This document shows positions 1 to 8,818 of a stretch of 64,000 bases of DNA, one piece after another. Position numbers and translations under genes: made by a program. Under the pieces are notes generated by a model that had not been told where the DNA came from, did not search any database, and worked only from the letters and a program-made list of their open reading frames with translations. The DNA is taken from positions 1,665-65,664 of the forward strand of contig JAWOHH010000087.1 of the NCBI GenBank assembly GCA_046496215.1, read 5' to 3'. Each line of letters begins with the position of its first letter. Position 1 is the stretch's first letter. This DNA is from Desulfobacterales bacterium (GTDB taxonomy: Bacteria; Desulfobacterota; Desulfobacteria; Desulfobacterales; SpSt-501).

Positions 1-590
1 TGCTGCGCGACCAGCTGCTGTTCGAGGCCGTTCAGGCCGGCTCGCCCCGGGCCGGGGAGTTCGCACGGCAGCGCTTCGAAGGCCTCACCCGCGGCGGGGC
101 GGTGCACCCGGACATTTTGAAAAGCGTCCTGCAGACCGTCGCCTGGCTCGGCGCCGGCCGCGAGCGGGAGTGGCTGGAGCGCCGCTTCCAGGACTCCCCC
201 AGCGAGCACGAGCGGCTGGTTCTCCTCTCCGCCAGCGGCTGCTTCCGGGAGCGCGCCGAGATCGAACGGGTGCTGGATTGGGTGCTTAAAACCGTGCCGC
301 CGCGCAACAAGTTCATCCCGGTCGTGGCCATGGCCGCCAACCCCCACGCCGCCCCGCTGCTGTGGGACTGGTACCGAGCGCATCTATCCCAGCTCGAGCA
401 GTTTCACCCGATGCTCTACGAGCGCGTCATCGCGGCGATCGTTCCGGTGGTCGGCCCGGGAGATGCCGGCGCCGTGCGCCGGTTCTTCCAGGACTACCTG
501 CAGCGGCACGAAAAACTCGCCGACGCGATCCGACTCTCCCTCGAACGGCTGGAGATCAACCTGCGCCTTCGCGGGCGCAGCGGCCCTTGA
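1..590 (+). CDS. M1-family aminopeptidase, C-terminal fragment (5' end outside window)
   Basis: Frame is open from the window edge to the stop at 588-590. The tail '..NKFIPVVAMAANPHAAPLLWDWYRAHLSQLEQFHP..' resembles the ERAP1_C/aminopeptidase-N C-terminal helical domain. By-eye recognition only. Confidence 0.5.
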   Translation, partial: LRDQLLFEAVQAGSPRAGEFARQRFEGLTRGGAVHPDILKSVLQTVAWLGAGREREWLERRFQDSPSEHERLVLLSASGCFRERAEIERVLDWVLKTVPPRNKFIPVVAMAANPHAAPLLWDWYRAHLSQLEQFHPMLYERVIAAIVPVVGPGDAGAVRRFFQDYLQRHEKLADAIRLSLERLEINLRLRGRSGP

Positions 591-638
591 CAGCCTGAGA
601 CGCTTTTCGATATAGACCCACGGTAACGAGTGCCCATA

Positions 639-3578
639 ATGAATCGACGCACGTTCCTCAAGCTGGCCGGCTGCGGCAGCGTCGCCTTCGCGGCCGGCTG
701 CGGCCCGGAATCCCCGAAACACCTCCACAGCCCGGTGCATGCACCGGAGGACATGGTCACCGGCCAGGCGACCTGGTACGCATCCACCTGCCGGGAGTGT
801 CCGGCGGGTTGCGGCATCCTGGCCAAAAACCGTGAAGGCCGGGCGATCAAGCTCGAAGGCAACCCGCTGCACCCGATCAACCGGGGTGCCCTGTGCATGC
901 GCGGGCAGGCCGCCCTGCAGGCGGTGTATCACCCGGATCGGCTGAGGACCCCGCTTCTGAAGGACGGTTTAGGGTTTCGGCCGGTATCGTTTGCCGAGGC
1001 CCGGGCGCGGCTGGCCGCCGAGGCCCGGGAGGCCGCCCACCGGGGAGCGGGCCGGGTGAGCCTTGTGACCGAGGTCGTGGGCGAGGCCCAGCTGGAGCTT
1101 TTTCGGACCGCCCTGGCCAACTGGAACTCCTCCGGGCCCGTGGTCTTCGAGCCCTTTGCCTACGAGGCCTTGAAGACGGCCAACCGCGTGGTCTTCGGGG
1201 TGGACGGCCTGGTTTCTTACCGCCTCCAGGATGCCGACCTGCTGGTCTCCTTCGGCGCCGATTTCCTGGAAACGTGGCTCTCGCCGGTGGAGTATGCATG
1301 GAAGTTCAAGGCCATGCATGCGCTGCGGGGATCCGAGAAGGGGGCCTTCATCCACATCGGCCCCTGCCAGGCGCTGACGGGCGCAAACGCCGATCACTGG
1401 CTTGCCTGCGCCCCGGGCGGCGAAGCGGCAATCGCCCTGGGCCTGGTGCGGCGGATGATCGCCTCCGGCCGGGCCGCGGGGCTTGAGGCTGAATCCCGCA
1501 ACGCCCTTGCCAAGGCGGTGGCGGATTACACGCCGGAGCGGGTGTCGGCGGTATCCGGCATCCCCGCCGTTCAACTGGACGTGCTGGCCGCGCGCCTCGC
1601 CGAGGCCCGCCGGCCGCTCTTGCTCGGCGCGGGAAGCGGGCATGGGGCGGCCGACGGCCTGAAGGCCGACATCGCCGTCAACCTGCTGAACGGCCTGCTC
1701 GACCCGCAGCTCAAGCGGATCGACGCCGTGGACCGCCACCGCGTGGAGACAGCCGACCGGCGCGCGGTCGTGGCAGACGAATTCAAGCGCGTTGCCGGCG
1801 GAGGGGTGGACCTGCTGCTCCTGAACAACGTCAACCCGGTCTTCTCCCTCCCGGCCGCAAGCGGCATCCGCCAAGCCGTGGAAGAATCCAAGGCCTTCGT
1901 GGTGAGCTTCGGCGCATTCATCGACGAGACCGCACAGCTTGCCGACCTGATTCTGCCCACATCCCTGCCGCTTGAAACCTGGGACGTCTACAGCGGCCGA
2001 ACTTCGACGCTATCGACCCTTCAACCCGCCATGGGGCGGGTTTTCGAGACCCCGAGCTTAGGCGATGTCATCCTGGCGGCCGGGTTCGAAGAAAATAAGC
2101 GGCCGGCGGCGGATTACCGGTCTTTCGTCGCCGATCGGCTTCAGAAGGCGGGCCGGGTCCACGACGAAGTCGCCTGGCTGCGGATGCTGCAGCAGGGCGG
2201 GCTCTTTGCCGAGGCCCCCCCGGGCCCGCCGCCCAAAATGCTGCCGGGCCCCATTCCCCCGAGCCTGCTCGCACCCGGCGAGCCGCCGCCGGCCGGCCTG
2301 GCCTTCGCGGCGCTGCCCTCCCTGCGCTTCTTCGACGGCCGCGGGGCGAACCGGCCCTGGCTTTGCGAAATCCCCGATCCGGTCTCGCGGGTCGCGTGGC
2401 AATCCCCGGTTTGGGTCCACCCGCAGACGGCGCGCGCCCAGGGGCTGGCCCCAGCGGAGATCGTGCGGATCAGCACACCGGAGGGAAGCATCGAAGCCCC
2501 GGTCTACATCACCGAAACGGTGCACCCCGGCCTTGCGACCATGGGTGTAGGACAGGGCCATACCGCTTACGGCCGCTGGGCGCAAAACGTGGGTGGCAAC
2601 CCCTTCGCCGTCCTGCCGGCCGGCCTGGACCCGGCGTGCGGCGGCCCGAGCTTCACCGCCCAAGGGGTGCGCATGGAAAAAACCGGCCGTCGCGTGGAAC
2701 TCGCCCATACCGACGGCAGCAGAACTCAGCACGGCCGCACCTTCCTGCTGACGGTGGCGCTGGAGGAGCTGCGCCGGGGCGCGCCCCGCCCGAAGACCGG
2801 ACTCACCATGGGCGATTTCCCCCTCACCCTGCCCCTGGCCGAAGGCTATGACCCCAGCCGCGATTTCTACCCGCCCCACGCGCACGACGGCTACCGCTGG
2901 GGCATGACCGTGGATCTGGACCGCTGCATCGGCTGCGGGGCCTGCGCCGCGGCCTGCTACGCCGAGAACAGCATCGGCATCGTCGGGGAGAAGTTGATCG
3001 CCCAGGGCCGCGAGATGGCATGGTTGGAAGTCGTGCGCTACCACGATGAGCGCCGCCTGGAGCGGGTGATGTTTCTGCCCATGCTCTGCCAGCACTGCGA
3101 CAACGCCCCCTGCGAGTCGGTCTGCCCCGTCTACGCCCCCCATCACTCGGCCGAGGGGATCAACAACCAGATCTACAACCGCTGCATCGGGACCCGCTTC
3201 TGCTCTCAGAACTGCCCCTACAAGGTGCGGCGCTTCAACTGGTTTGACTGGGAGTGGCCTGAGCCCATGAACCTGCAGCTCAACCCGGATGTCACCGTGC
3301 GCAGCAAGGGGGTCATGGAGAAGTGCTCCTTCTGCATCCAGCGCATCAAGACCGCGCGCACCCGGGCCAAGAACGAGAAGCGGCCGATCGGCGACGGCGA
3401 GATCGTCCCGGCGTGCGTCCAGACCTGCCCGACCGGGGCCCTGGTGTTTGGCAGCCTCATGGACAAGACGAGCCGGGTGCGCCGACTGGCCGAGGACCCC
3501 CGGGCCTACCAGGCCATTGGCTACCTGAATACCAAGCCGGCGGTGATCTATCTCAAGAAAGTGCTGCACGAGATTTAA
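639..3578 (+). CDS. actB: Alternative complex III subunit ActB (MopB-like module fused to a 4x[Fe-S] ferredoxin module), Tat signal
   Basis: Twin-arginine signal 'MNRRTFLKLAG..AAGC'. Large MopB-like N-terminal part, and a C-terminal part with several CxxCxxCxxxCP ferredoxin motifs ('CIGCGACAAAC', 'CQHCDNAPCESVCP', 'CIGTRFCSQNCP', 'CSFC..CVQTCP'). Followed by NrfD-like, DUF3341-like and ActF-like genes. ATG 639 preferred over the GTG at 630. Confidence 0.85.
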   Translation: MNRRTFLKLAGCGSVAFAAGCGPESPKHLHSPVHAPEDMVTGQATWYASTCRECPAGCGILAKNREGRAIKLEGNPLHPINRGALCMRGQAALQAVYHPDRLRTPLLKDGLGFRPVSFAEARARLAAEAREAAHRGAGRVSLVTEVVGEAQLELFRTALANWNSSGPVVFEPFAYEALKTANRVVFGVDGLVSYRLQDADLLVSFGADFLETWLSPVEYAWKFKAMHALRGSEKGAFIHIGPCQALTGANADHWLACAPGGEAAIALGLVRRMIASGRAAGLEAESRNALAKAVADYTPERVSAVSGIPAVQLDVLAARLAEARRPLLLGAGSGHGAADGLKADIAVNLLNGLLDPQLKRIDAVDRHRVETADRRAVVADEFKRVAGGGVDLLLLNNVNPVFSLPAASGIRQAVEESKAFVVSFGAFIDETAQLADLILPTSLPLETWDVYSGRTSTLSTLQPAMGRVFETPSLGDVILAAGFEENKRPAADYRSFVADRLQKAGRVHDEVAWLRMLQQGGLFAEAPPGPPPKMLPGPIPPSLLAPGEPPPAGLAFAALPSLRFFDGRGANRPWLCEIPDPVSRVAWQSPVWVHPQTARAQGLAPAEIVRISTPEGSIEAPVYITETVHPGLATMGVGQGHTAYGRWAQNVGGNPFAVLPAGLDPACGGPSFTAQGVRMEKTGRRVELAHTDGSRTQHGRTFLLTVALEELRRGAPRPKTGLTMGDFPLTLPLAEGYDPSRDFYPPHAHDGYRWGMTVDLDRCIGCGACAAACYAENSIGIVGEKLIAQGREMAWLEVVRYHDERRLERVMFLPMLCQHCDNAPCESVCPVYAPHHSAEGINNQIYNRCIGTRFCSQNCPYKVRRFNWFDWEWPEPMNLQLNPDVTVRSKGVMEKCSFCIQRIKTARTRAKNEKRPIGDGEIVPACVQTCPTGALVFGSLMDKTSRVRRLAEDPRAYQAIGYLNTKPAVIYLKKVLHEI

Positions 3579-3583
3579 AAACA

Positions 3584-3694
3584 GGGTTCAAGGAGTCGAG
3601 GGTCCAAGGGGTCAGGGGTCAAGTGAAAAGCGAAACGCCTGCGGCCATCCAATTGTTTACCCTCGAACCCTTGACCCCCTACACCCTTGTACCC
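3584..3694 (+). repeat. Intercistronic G-rich/C-rich complementary arms (long imperfect hairpin) between actB and actC
   Basis: The 5' arm is built from GGGTYCAAGG-like units (3584-3623) and the 3' arm from the complement (3659-3694). For example, GGGGTCAAG 3615-3623 pairs perfectly with CTTGACCCC 3670-3678, and 3584-3593 pairs 9/10 with 3685-3694. Confidence 0.4.
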
Positions 3695-3704
3695 TGAAAA
3701 AGCC

Positions 3705-5009
3705 ATGACCAAGCTCACCTACGCCACGATCGACCAGACGGTCCTGAAGACCCTCGAGCCGCCGCGCAAATCCTATTGGGTGGCGGTGGCGCTGATGTTC
3801 TGCGGCGTGCTGCTCGGAGCGGGCGCCTGGGCCTACCAGATCGCGACCGGCATCGGCGTGGGCGGCCAGAACATCCCGGTGGCCTGGGGCACCTACCTGA
3901 TCAACTTCGTCTTTTGGGTCGGAATCGCGCACTCCGGGACCCTGATCTCGGCCATTCTGCACCTGTTCCGCGCCGGCTGGCGCAACCCCATCGCACGGGC
4001 GGCCGAAACCATGACCGTGTTTGCCGTCTGCTGCGCCGGACTGTTTCCCTTCATCCACCTGGGCCGGGTCTGGCAGGTCTACTACATGCTCCCGTTTCCC
4101 AACCAGCGGCTGCTCTGGCCGAACCTTCTCTCCCCGCTCATGTTCGACGTGGTGGCCATCAGCACCTATCTCACCGTGAGCTCGCTCTTCTGGTACACGG
4201 GGCTGCTGCCGGATTTGGCCGTCGTGCGCGACCGCTCGACGGGCATCAAGCACAGGGTCTTCCGCGCGCTCTCCCTGGGCTGGACCGGGGCCCACCACCA
4301 GTGGCTCAACTACGGCCGCGGGTATCTCTTTTTTGCCGCGCTGGCCACCCCACTGGTCATCTCGGTGCACAGCGTCGTCTCCTGGGACTTTGCGCTTGGG
4401 GTGATCCCCGGCTGGCACACGACGATCTTCGCTCCCTACTTCGTGGCCGGTGCGATCCACTCGGGCCTGGCCATGGTCTTGACCCTCATGATCCCCCTGC
4501 GGCGCATCTTCCGGTACGAGGCCATCATCACCCTGCACGTGCTGGAAAACGTGGCCAAGACCATGGTGCTGACCGGCCTGATCGTCGGCCTGGCCTACGG
4601 CACGGAGTACTTCATCGCCTGGTACAGCCATAACCCGGTCGAGTGGGAGTCCTTCCGCTGGCGGGCCATGGGCGATTATGCCTACGGGCTGTACTTCATG
4701 GCCATATGCAACGTGCTGGTCCCCCTGCTCTTGCTGATCAAGGCCGTACGGACGAACATCCCCTGGCTCTTCGCGATCTCGCTCGTGGTCAACTTCGGGA
4801 TGTGGTGGGAGCGCTTCGTCATCATCATCGGCGGCGTCGCCCATGATTTCGCGCCCCATGCCTGGGGGCTGTATGCGCCTCGGTTGGTGGAGTACTGCAT
4901 CATGATCGGCAGTTTCAGCCTTTTCTTCTTCCTGTTCCTGCTCTTCTGCAAGCACCTGCCCTCGGTCTCCATGACCGAAATGAAGGAGACCCTCACCCAT
5001 GCCGACTGA
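3705..5009 (+). CDS. actC: ACIII membrane quinol-interacting subunit ActC (NrfD/PsrC family)
   Basis: About 434 aa polytopic membrane protein with NrfD-like sequence, immediately after actB. Start uncertain: ATG 3705, or TTG 3687 as in the ORF track. Confidence 0.8.
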   Translation: MTKLTYATIDQTVLKTLEPPRKSYWVAVALMFCGVLLGAGAWAYQIATGIGVGGQNIPVAWGTYLINFVFWVGIAHSGTLISAILHLFRAGWRNPIARAAETMTVFAVCCAGLFPFIHLGRVWQVYYMLPFPNQRLLWPNLLSPLMFDVVAISTYLTVSSLFWYTGLLPDLAVVRDRSTGIKHRVFRALSLGWTGAHHQWLNYGRGYLFFAALATPLVISVHSVVSWDFALGVIPGWHTTIFAPYFVAGAIHSGLAMVLTLMIPLRRIFRYEAIITLHVLENVAKTMVLTGLIVGLAYGTEYFIAWYSHNPVEWESFRWRAMGDYAYGLYFMAICNVLVPLLLLIKAVRTNIPWLFAISLVVNFGMWWERFVIIIGGVAHDFAPHAWGLYAPRLVEYCIMIGSFSLFFFLFLLFCKHLPSVSMTEMKETLTHAD

Positions 5010-5505
5010 GGCCCACGTCATGGGGCTTTTTCGCGACGAGACCCAGGCGGCAGCGGCCATCATGGAGCTGGCGGCCGCCGGTTTCCGTTTCCGGCGCGCC
5101 CACACCCCGGTCCCGAGCCACCGGATCTTGGAGGCGCTCGGGTCGAAGAAGAGCCGGGTGGGCTGGTTCACCCTGGCGGGCGGGATCGTCGGGTTCTTCG
5201 CGGGCTTTGCTCTGGCCATCTTCACCTCGACCCAGTGGAACCTCATCGTCAGCGGAAAACCGATCGTCTCCCTGATCCCCTTCTTCATCGTGGGGTTCGA
5301 GTTCACGATCCTCTTCTCGGTCTTCGGCAACGTGGTCGGGCTGCTCCTCTGTGCACGGCTGCCGGACCCCCAGGGGCTTGCGATGTACGACCCGCGCTGC
5401 TCGGGCGAGCACTTCGGGGTACTCGCCGCCTGCGAGAGCGGACGCCGGGACGACTTGATGGATTTCTTCCGGGGCAGGGGCGGGGAGGTCAGGTCTTTCG
5501 AATGA
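4999..5505 (+). CDS. actD: ACIII subunit ActD (DUF3341-like)
   Basis: 168 aa. Pattern 'GLF..ETQAAAAI..L..AGF....AHTPVP.H.I.EALG' plus two TM helices '..GKP..S.IPFFIVGFEFTILF' is typical of DUF3341/ActD. Overlaps the actC end by 11 nt, and its stop overlaps the actF start (ATGA). Confidence 0.75.
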   Translation: MPTEAHVMGLFRDETQAAAAIMELAAAGFRFRRAHTPVPSHRILEALGSKKSRVGWFTLAGGIVGFFAGFALAIFTSTQWNLIVSGKPIVSLIPFFIVGFEFTILFSVFGNVVGLLLCARLPDPQGLAMYDPRCSGEHFGVLAACESGRRDDLMDFFRGRGGEVRSFE

Positions 5506-6722
5506 ACATGCACGCCTCATCGTTCTCCGCGGCCGCCCCGGGGCGCCGTGTCTGGGTGCCGGCGGCCGTGCTGGCCGCCGCCGGGATGGCCGCCTTCCTG
5601 TTCGGCGCCGCAGGCGAGCACCCCGGCCGGGCCTGGCAGGCTTATCTCATCAACTTCCTGCTGTGGTCGTCCGTCGCCCAGGGCGCTGTGCTCTTCGCGG
5701 CCGTCACGCGCGTCACGGCCGCGCGCTGGAGCGCTCCGCTGGAGGGGCTGTCGGGCGCGTTCGCAGGCTTCTTCCCGCTCTCCTTGGTGCTGTTTATCGC
5801 CCTGGTCTTCGGCGGCTCCCACGTCTTCCCATGGGTGGCCGAAGACCTGCACGGCAAGGAGTCCTGGCTGAACGTGCCCTTTGTCCTGGCCCGCAACGGG
5901 GCCGGCCTGCTCATCCTCTACGGCGTCGGCTTCATGTTTCTGCGCCAGGCGTTGCGGCTGAGAATGGGGCCCGAACCCGCCCGATCCGGCCTGAGGCGGT
6001 TGTTGGCCGGCAGCGGACCGGGCAGTCCGGATGAAGCCGAGCGCATCCGCGGCCGCATGAACCGCTGGGCCGGGCTCTATTGCTTGCTCTTCGCGCTGGT
6101 GCTCAGCCTGATCGGCTTCGACCTCGTCATGAGCACCGACCCGCACTGGTACTCGACCCTTTTCGGCGCCTACCATTTCGTCAAGGCGTTTTACCTGGGG
6201 CTGGGCGGCCTGATCATCCTGGCCGCCGCGGTCGCGCTGCGGCACGGCCGACACTCCGGCCTCGAACCCCGTCATTTCCACGACATCGGCAAGCTCTTCT
6301 TCGCTTTCTGCCTGCTGTGGGCTGACTTTTTCTACGTCCAGCTGACGGTGATCTGGTACGGCAACATCCCGGAGGAGACCCATTACGTCATCCTGCGGAC
6401 CATGCTGCCCCCCTGGCGGCCGCTGGCCTGGACCGTTTTCACCATCGTTTTCATCATCCCGTTCATCCTCCTGATCAACAAGCGCATCAAGACCGTCCCC
6501 GCAGCGGTCATGGCCCTCTGCAGCTTGGTGATCGTGGGGCTGTGGCTGGAGCTCTTGCTGCTGGTGGGACCGCCGCTGAACCACGGCGCTGCCGAGCTGC
6601 CGCTGGACGTGAGCGATGCCATCGTGTTCCTGGGGTTTTTGGGCCTGATGGTGATGGCCGTCGCCGCCATGCTGCGGACTTTCCCGGAGCTGCTCCCCAC
6701 AGCCCGGTCTCCGAAAGACTAA
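5502..6722 (+). CDS. actF: ACIII second NrfD-like membrane subunit ActF
   Basis: ATG 5502 overlaps the actD stop. 406 aa polytopic protein with 'HWYSTLFGAYHFVKAFY' and 'WYGNIPEE' blocks, typical of quinol:cytochrome c oxidoreductase quinone-binding subunit 2. Confidence 0.75.
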   Translation: MNMHASSFSAAAPGRRVWVPAAVLAAAGMAAFLFGAAGEHPGRAWQAYLINFLLWSSVAQGAVLFAAVTRVTAARWSAPLEGLSGAFAGFFPLSLVLFIALVFGGSHVFPWVAEDLHGKESWLNVPFVLARNGAGLLILYGVGFMFLRQALRLRMGPEPARSGLRRLLAGSGPGSPDEAERIRGRMNRWAGLYCLLFALVLSLIGFDLVMSTDPHWYSTLFGAYHFVKAFYLGLGGLIILAAAVALRHGRHSGLEPRHFHDIGKLFFAFCLLWADFFYVQLTVIWYGNIPEETHYVILRTMLPPWRPLAWTVFTIVFIIPFILLINKRIKTVPAAVMALCSLVIVGLWLELLLLVGPPLNHGAAELPLDVSDAIVFLGFLGLMVMAVAAMLRTFPELLPTARSPKD

Positions 6723-6732
6723 ACGGCGAGCG

Positions 6733-7266
6733 ATGGAACCCGAAAAGAAAGATATGGCCGAACGAACCCGAGCCGGAATTCTGATCAGCCTGGGGGCCGT
6801 TGTCTCCATCGCCGCCTTTCTCTATTTTTTTTATGCCTGGCCGGAGCCGATCGGCCCGGAGCAGCCGATCCCCTTCAGCCACAACGTCCACAGCGGCGTG
6901 AAACTGATCCAGTGCCAGTACTGCCACCCCTACGTGGCCTACTCGAATTTCCCGGGCATGCCGCCGGTGGAGAAGTGCCTGCACTGCCACATCTACATCA
7001 TCCCGGAGTTGCCCTGGATCCGCAAGGAGCACCAGTATTTCAACACCGGCACCCCGACCCCCTGGGTCAAGGTCAACTATGTCGCCGAACACGTGGTGTT
7101 CAACCACCAGCGGCACATCAACAGCGCCGTCGCCTGCGAGCAGTGCCACGGCGAGGTCGGCCGCTCCCAGCGCCTGCCCCAGAAGATCTGGCGCATGGGC
7201 GAGTGCCTGGGGTGCCACCACGAGAAGAAGGCCAGTGTGGACTGCTGGCTGACGTGCCACAATTGA
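6733..7266 (+). CDS. actA: Membrane-anchored multihaem cytochrome c, ActA-like (4 CxxCH + 1 CxxxCH)
   Basis: N-terminal TM helix. Haem motifs CQYCH, CLHCH, CEQCH, CLGCH and a terminal CWLTCH. Last gene of the ACIII block. Confidence 0.8.
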   Translation: MEPEKKDMAERTRAGILISLGAVVSIAAFLYFFYAWPEPIGPEQPIPFSHNVHSGVKLIQCQYCHPYVAYSNFPGMPPVEKCLHCHIYIIPELPWIRKEHQYFNTGTPTPWVKVNYVAEHVVFNHQRHINSAVACEQCHGEVGRSQRLPQKIWRMGECLGCHHEKKASVDCWLTCHN

Positions 7267-7393
7267 GTCTCGCTCCGCCTGGCGGCCAACCTCTGCGTTG
7301 CGCTGCATTTTGCGGTTGCTGCGGCGTACAGGGAGTACGCCTCGCAACGCGAAATTTGCGCGCCTTGATGTTGACCTCCGGGCGAAGCGAGAC
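7267..7393 (+). repeat. 127-bp imperfect palindromic element between actA-like gene and ccoN
   Basis: Nested inverted repeats: GTCTCGCT 7267-7274 / AGCGAGAC 7386-7393; GCGTTGCG 7295-7302 / CGCAACGC 7343-7350; central GGCGTAC-AGGGA-GTACGCC 7323-7341. Confidence 0.45.
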
Positions 7394-7447
7394 AGTGTTA
7401 GGAAAGTTCCAACACCTCTCGGGGCAACCCGGTAACAGGAGTTCGAA

Positions 7448-8818
7448 GTGAGCACCGTGGAAGAGAGCATCGCGCACGGCAACCAGACAGCCAAGGCATT
7501 CACGCTGACCTCGGCCCTGTGGTTCGCCTTCGCCACCACCTTCGGCATGATCGCCGCCGGCTACCTGGTGGCCCCCGATTTCATGGCCAACGTCGAGTAC
7601 ATCCACTTCGGCCGGGTGCGGCCGATGCACGTCAACGCTGTCCTCTTCGGCTTCGTGACGCCGGGGCTCATCGCCGCCGCCTTCTACTACATCCCGCGGC
7701 TCTTGAGGACCCGGCTATACAGTGAGCGGCTGGGGGTTTTCTCGGCGGTGTTCTGGAACATCAGCGTCGCGGCCGGGATGGCGGGAGTCTCCCTCGGCTA
7801 CAGCCAAGGGCGCGAATACGCCGAACTCCCGTGGCTGGTCGACCTCCTGGTAGTGATCAGCTTCGGCCTGGTCATTGTAAACTTTTTAATGACCATCCGG
7901 CGGCGCACCGAGCCGATCCTGTACGTCTCCATCTGGTACGCCGCCGCCGCCGTCGTGCTGACGGCCTGCACCTACTGCCTGGGCAACGTGATCTGGAAAC
8001 CCGACACCGGCGCCCTCTCCGGGATCCCGGACGCCATCCTGCTGTGGTTCTACGGCCACAACGTGTTCGGGCTGCTGCTCTCGCCCATGGCGCTCGCGGT
8101 GGCCTACTACGTGCTGCCCATCGCCACCCGCAGCCCGCTCTACAGCCACACCCTGTCGCTGATCGGCTTCTGGTCGCTCATCATCGTCTACACCCACATC
8201 GGCACCCATCACCTGCTGCAGGTGCCGGTGCCGACCTGGCTCAAGACCATCTCCATCGTGGACAGCGTCGCCATGGTCATCCCGGTCATGGTCTTCCTGA
8301 TCAACATCTGGTACACGGTCAAGGGCAAGCTCGGCGACGTCCATGCCGACATCGGCGCCAAGTTCGTCTTCACGGGCACCATCTACTATTTCTTCGTCAA
8401 CATCCAGGGCTCCATGATGGCCCTGCCGGACGTGCAGCGCATCACCCATTTCAACAACTGGGTGGTCGGCCACGCCCACATGGGGGTGCTGGGGTTCGCC
8501 GGCGTGACAGCTCTGGGCGGGCTTTACTTCATTCTGCCGCGGATCACCGGGCGCCCTCTCTACAGCCGGTTCCTGGCGGATTTTCAGTACTGGCTCGTTT
8601 TGATCGGGATCACGGGCTTCTCCATCGTGCTGACCATCGTCGGCCTGATCCAGGGCCAGGCCTGGTATAATGGGGAGACGCTCTACCGGACCCTGCCGGG
8701 GATCCAGCCCTATTACATCACGCGGCTCTCCTTGGGCCTGCTCATCATGGTGGGAGCCTACACCGGCCTCTACAACGTGGCCCGGTCCCTTTATTTCAAC
8801 CGCGGAGCCGACGCATGA
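7448..8818 (+). CDS. ccoN: cbb3-type cytochrome c oxidase subunit I
   Basis: GTG start preceded by AGGAG. 456 aa, 12-TM haem-copper oxidase with 'FYGHNVFGL', 'THIGTHHLL' and 'WVVGHAHMGVLGF' His-ligand blocks characteristic of CcoN. Confidence 0.9.
   Translation: MSTVEESIAHGNQTAKAFTLTSALWFAFATTFGMIAAGYLVAPDFMANVEYIHFGRVRPMHVNAVLFGFVTPGLIAAAFYYIPRLLRTRLYSERLGVFSAVFWNISVAAGMAGVSLGYSQGREYAELPWLVDLLVVISFGLVIVNFLMTIRRRTEPILYVSIWYAAAAVVLTACTYCLGNVIWKPDTGALSGIPDAILLWFYGHNVFGLLLSPMALAVAYYVLPIATRSPLYSHTLSLIGFWSLIIVYTHIGTHHLLQVPVPTWLKTISIVDSVAMVIPVMVFLINIWYTVKGKLGDVHADIGAKFVFTGTIYYFFVNIQGSMMALPDVQRITHFNNWVVGHAHMGVLGFAGVTALGGLYFILPRITGRPLYSRFLADFQYWLVLIGITGFSIVLTIVGLIQGQAWYNGETLYRTLPGIQPYYITRLSLGLLIMVGAYTGLYNVARSLYFNRGADA

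Noticed and set aside
2058-3569. Long antisense or alternative-frame ORFs throughout the window, e.g. 2058-3569(-), 3657-5513(-), 5517-6809(-), 24326-25744(-), 27479-28873(+), 40497-41909(-), 53702-55696(+) and 55686-56834(-).
   Set aside because: They lie opposite to, or out of frame with, genes that have clear family signatures. Their translations are Arg/Gly/Pro/Ala-rich low-complexity strings typical of shadow ORFs in high-GC DNA.
7365-7375. TTGATgttgAC, considered as an FNR/CRP-type box (TTGAT-N4-ATCAA) upstream of ccoN.
   Set aside because: Only the left half-site matches; the right half (ACCTC) does not. It also lies inside the palindromic element.
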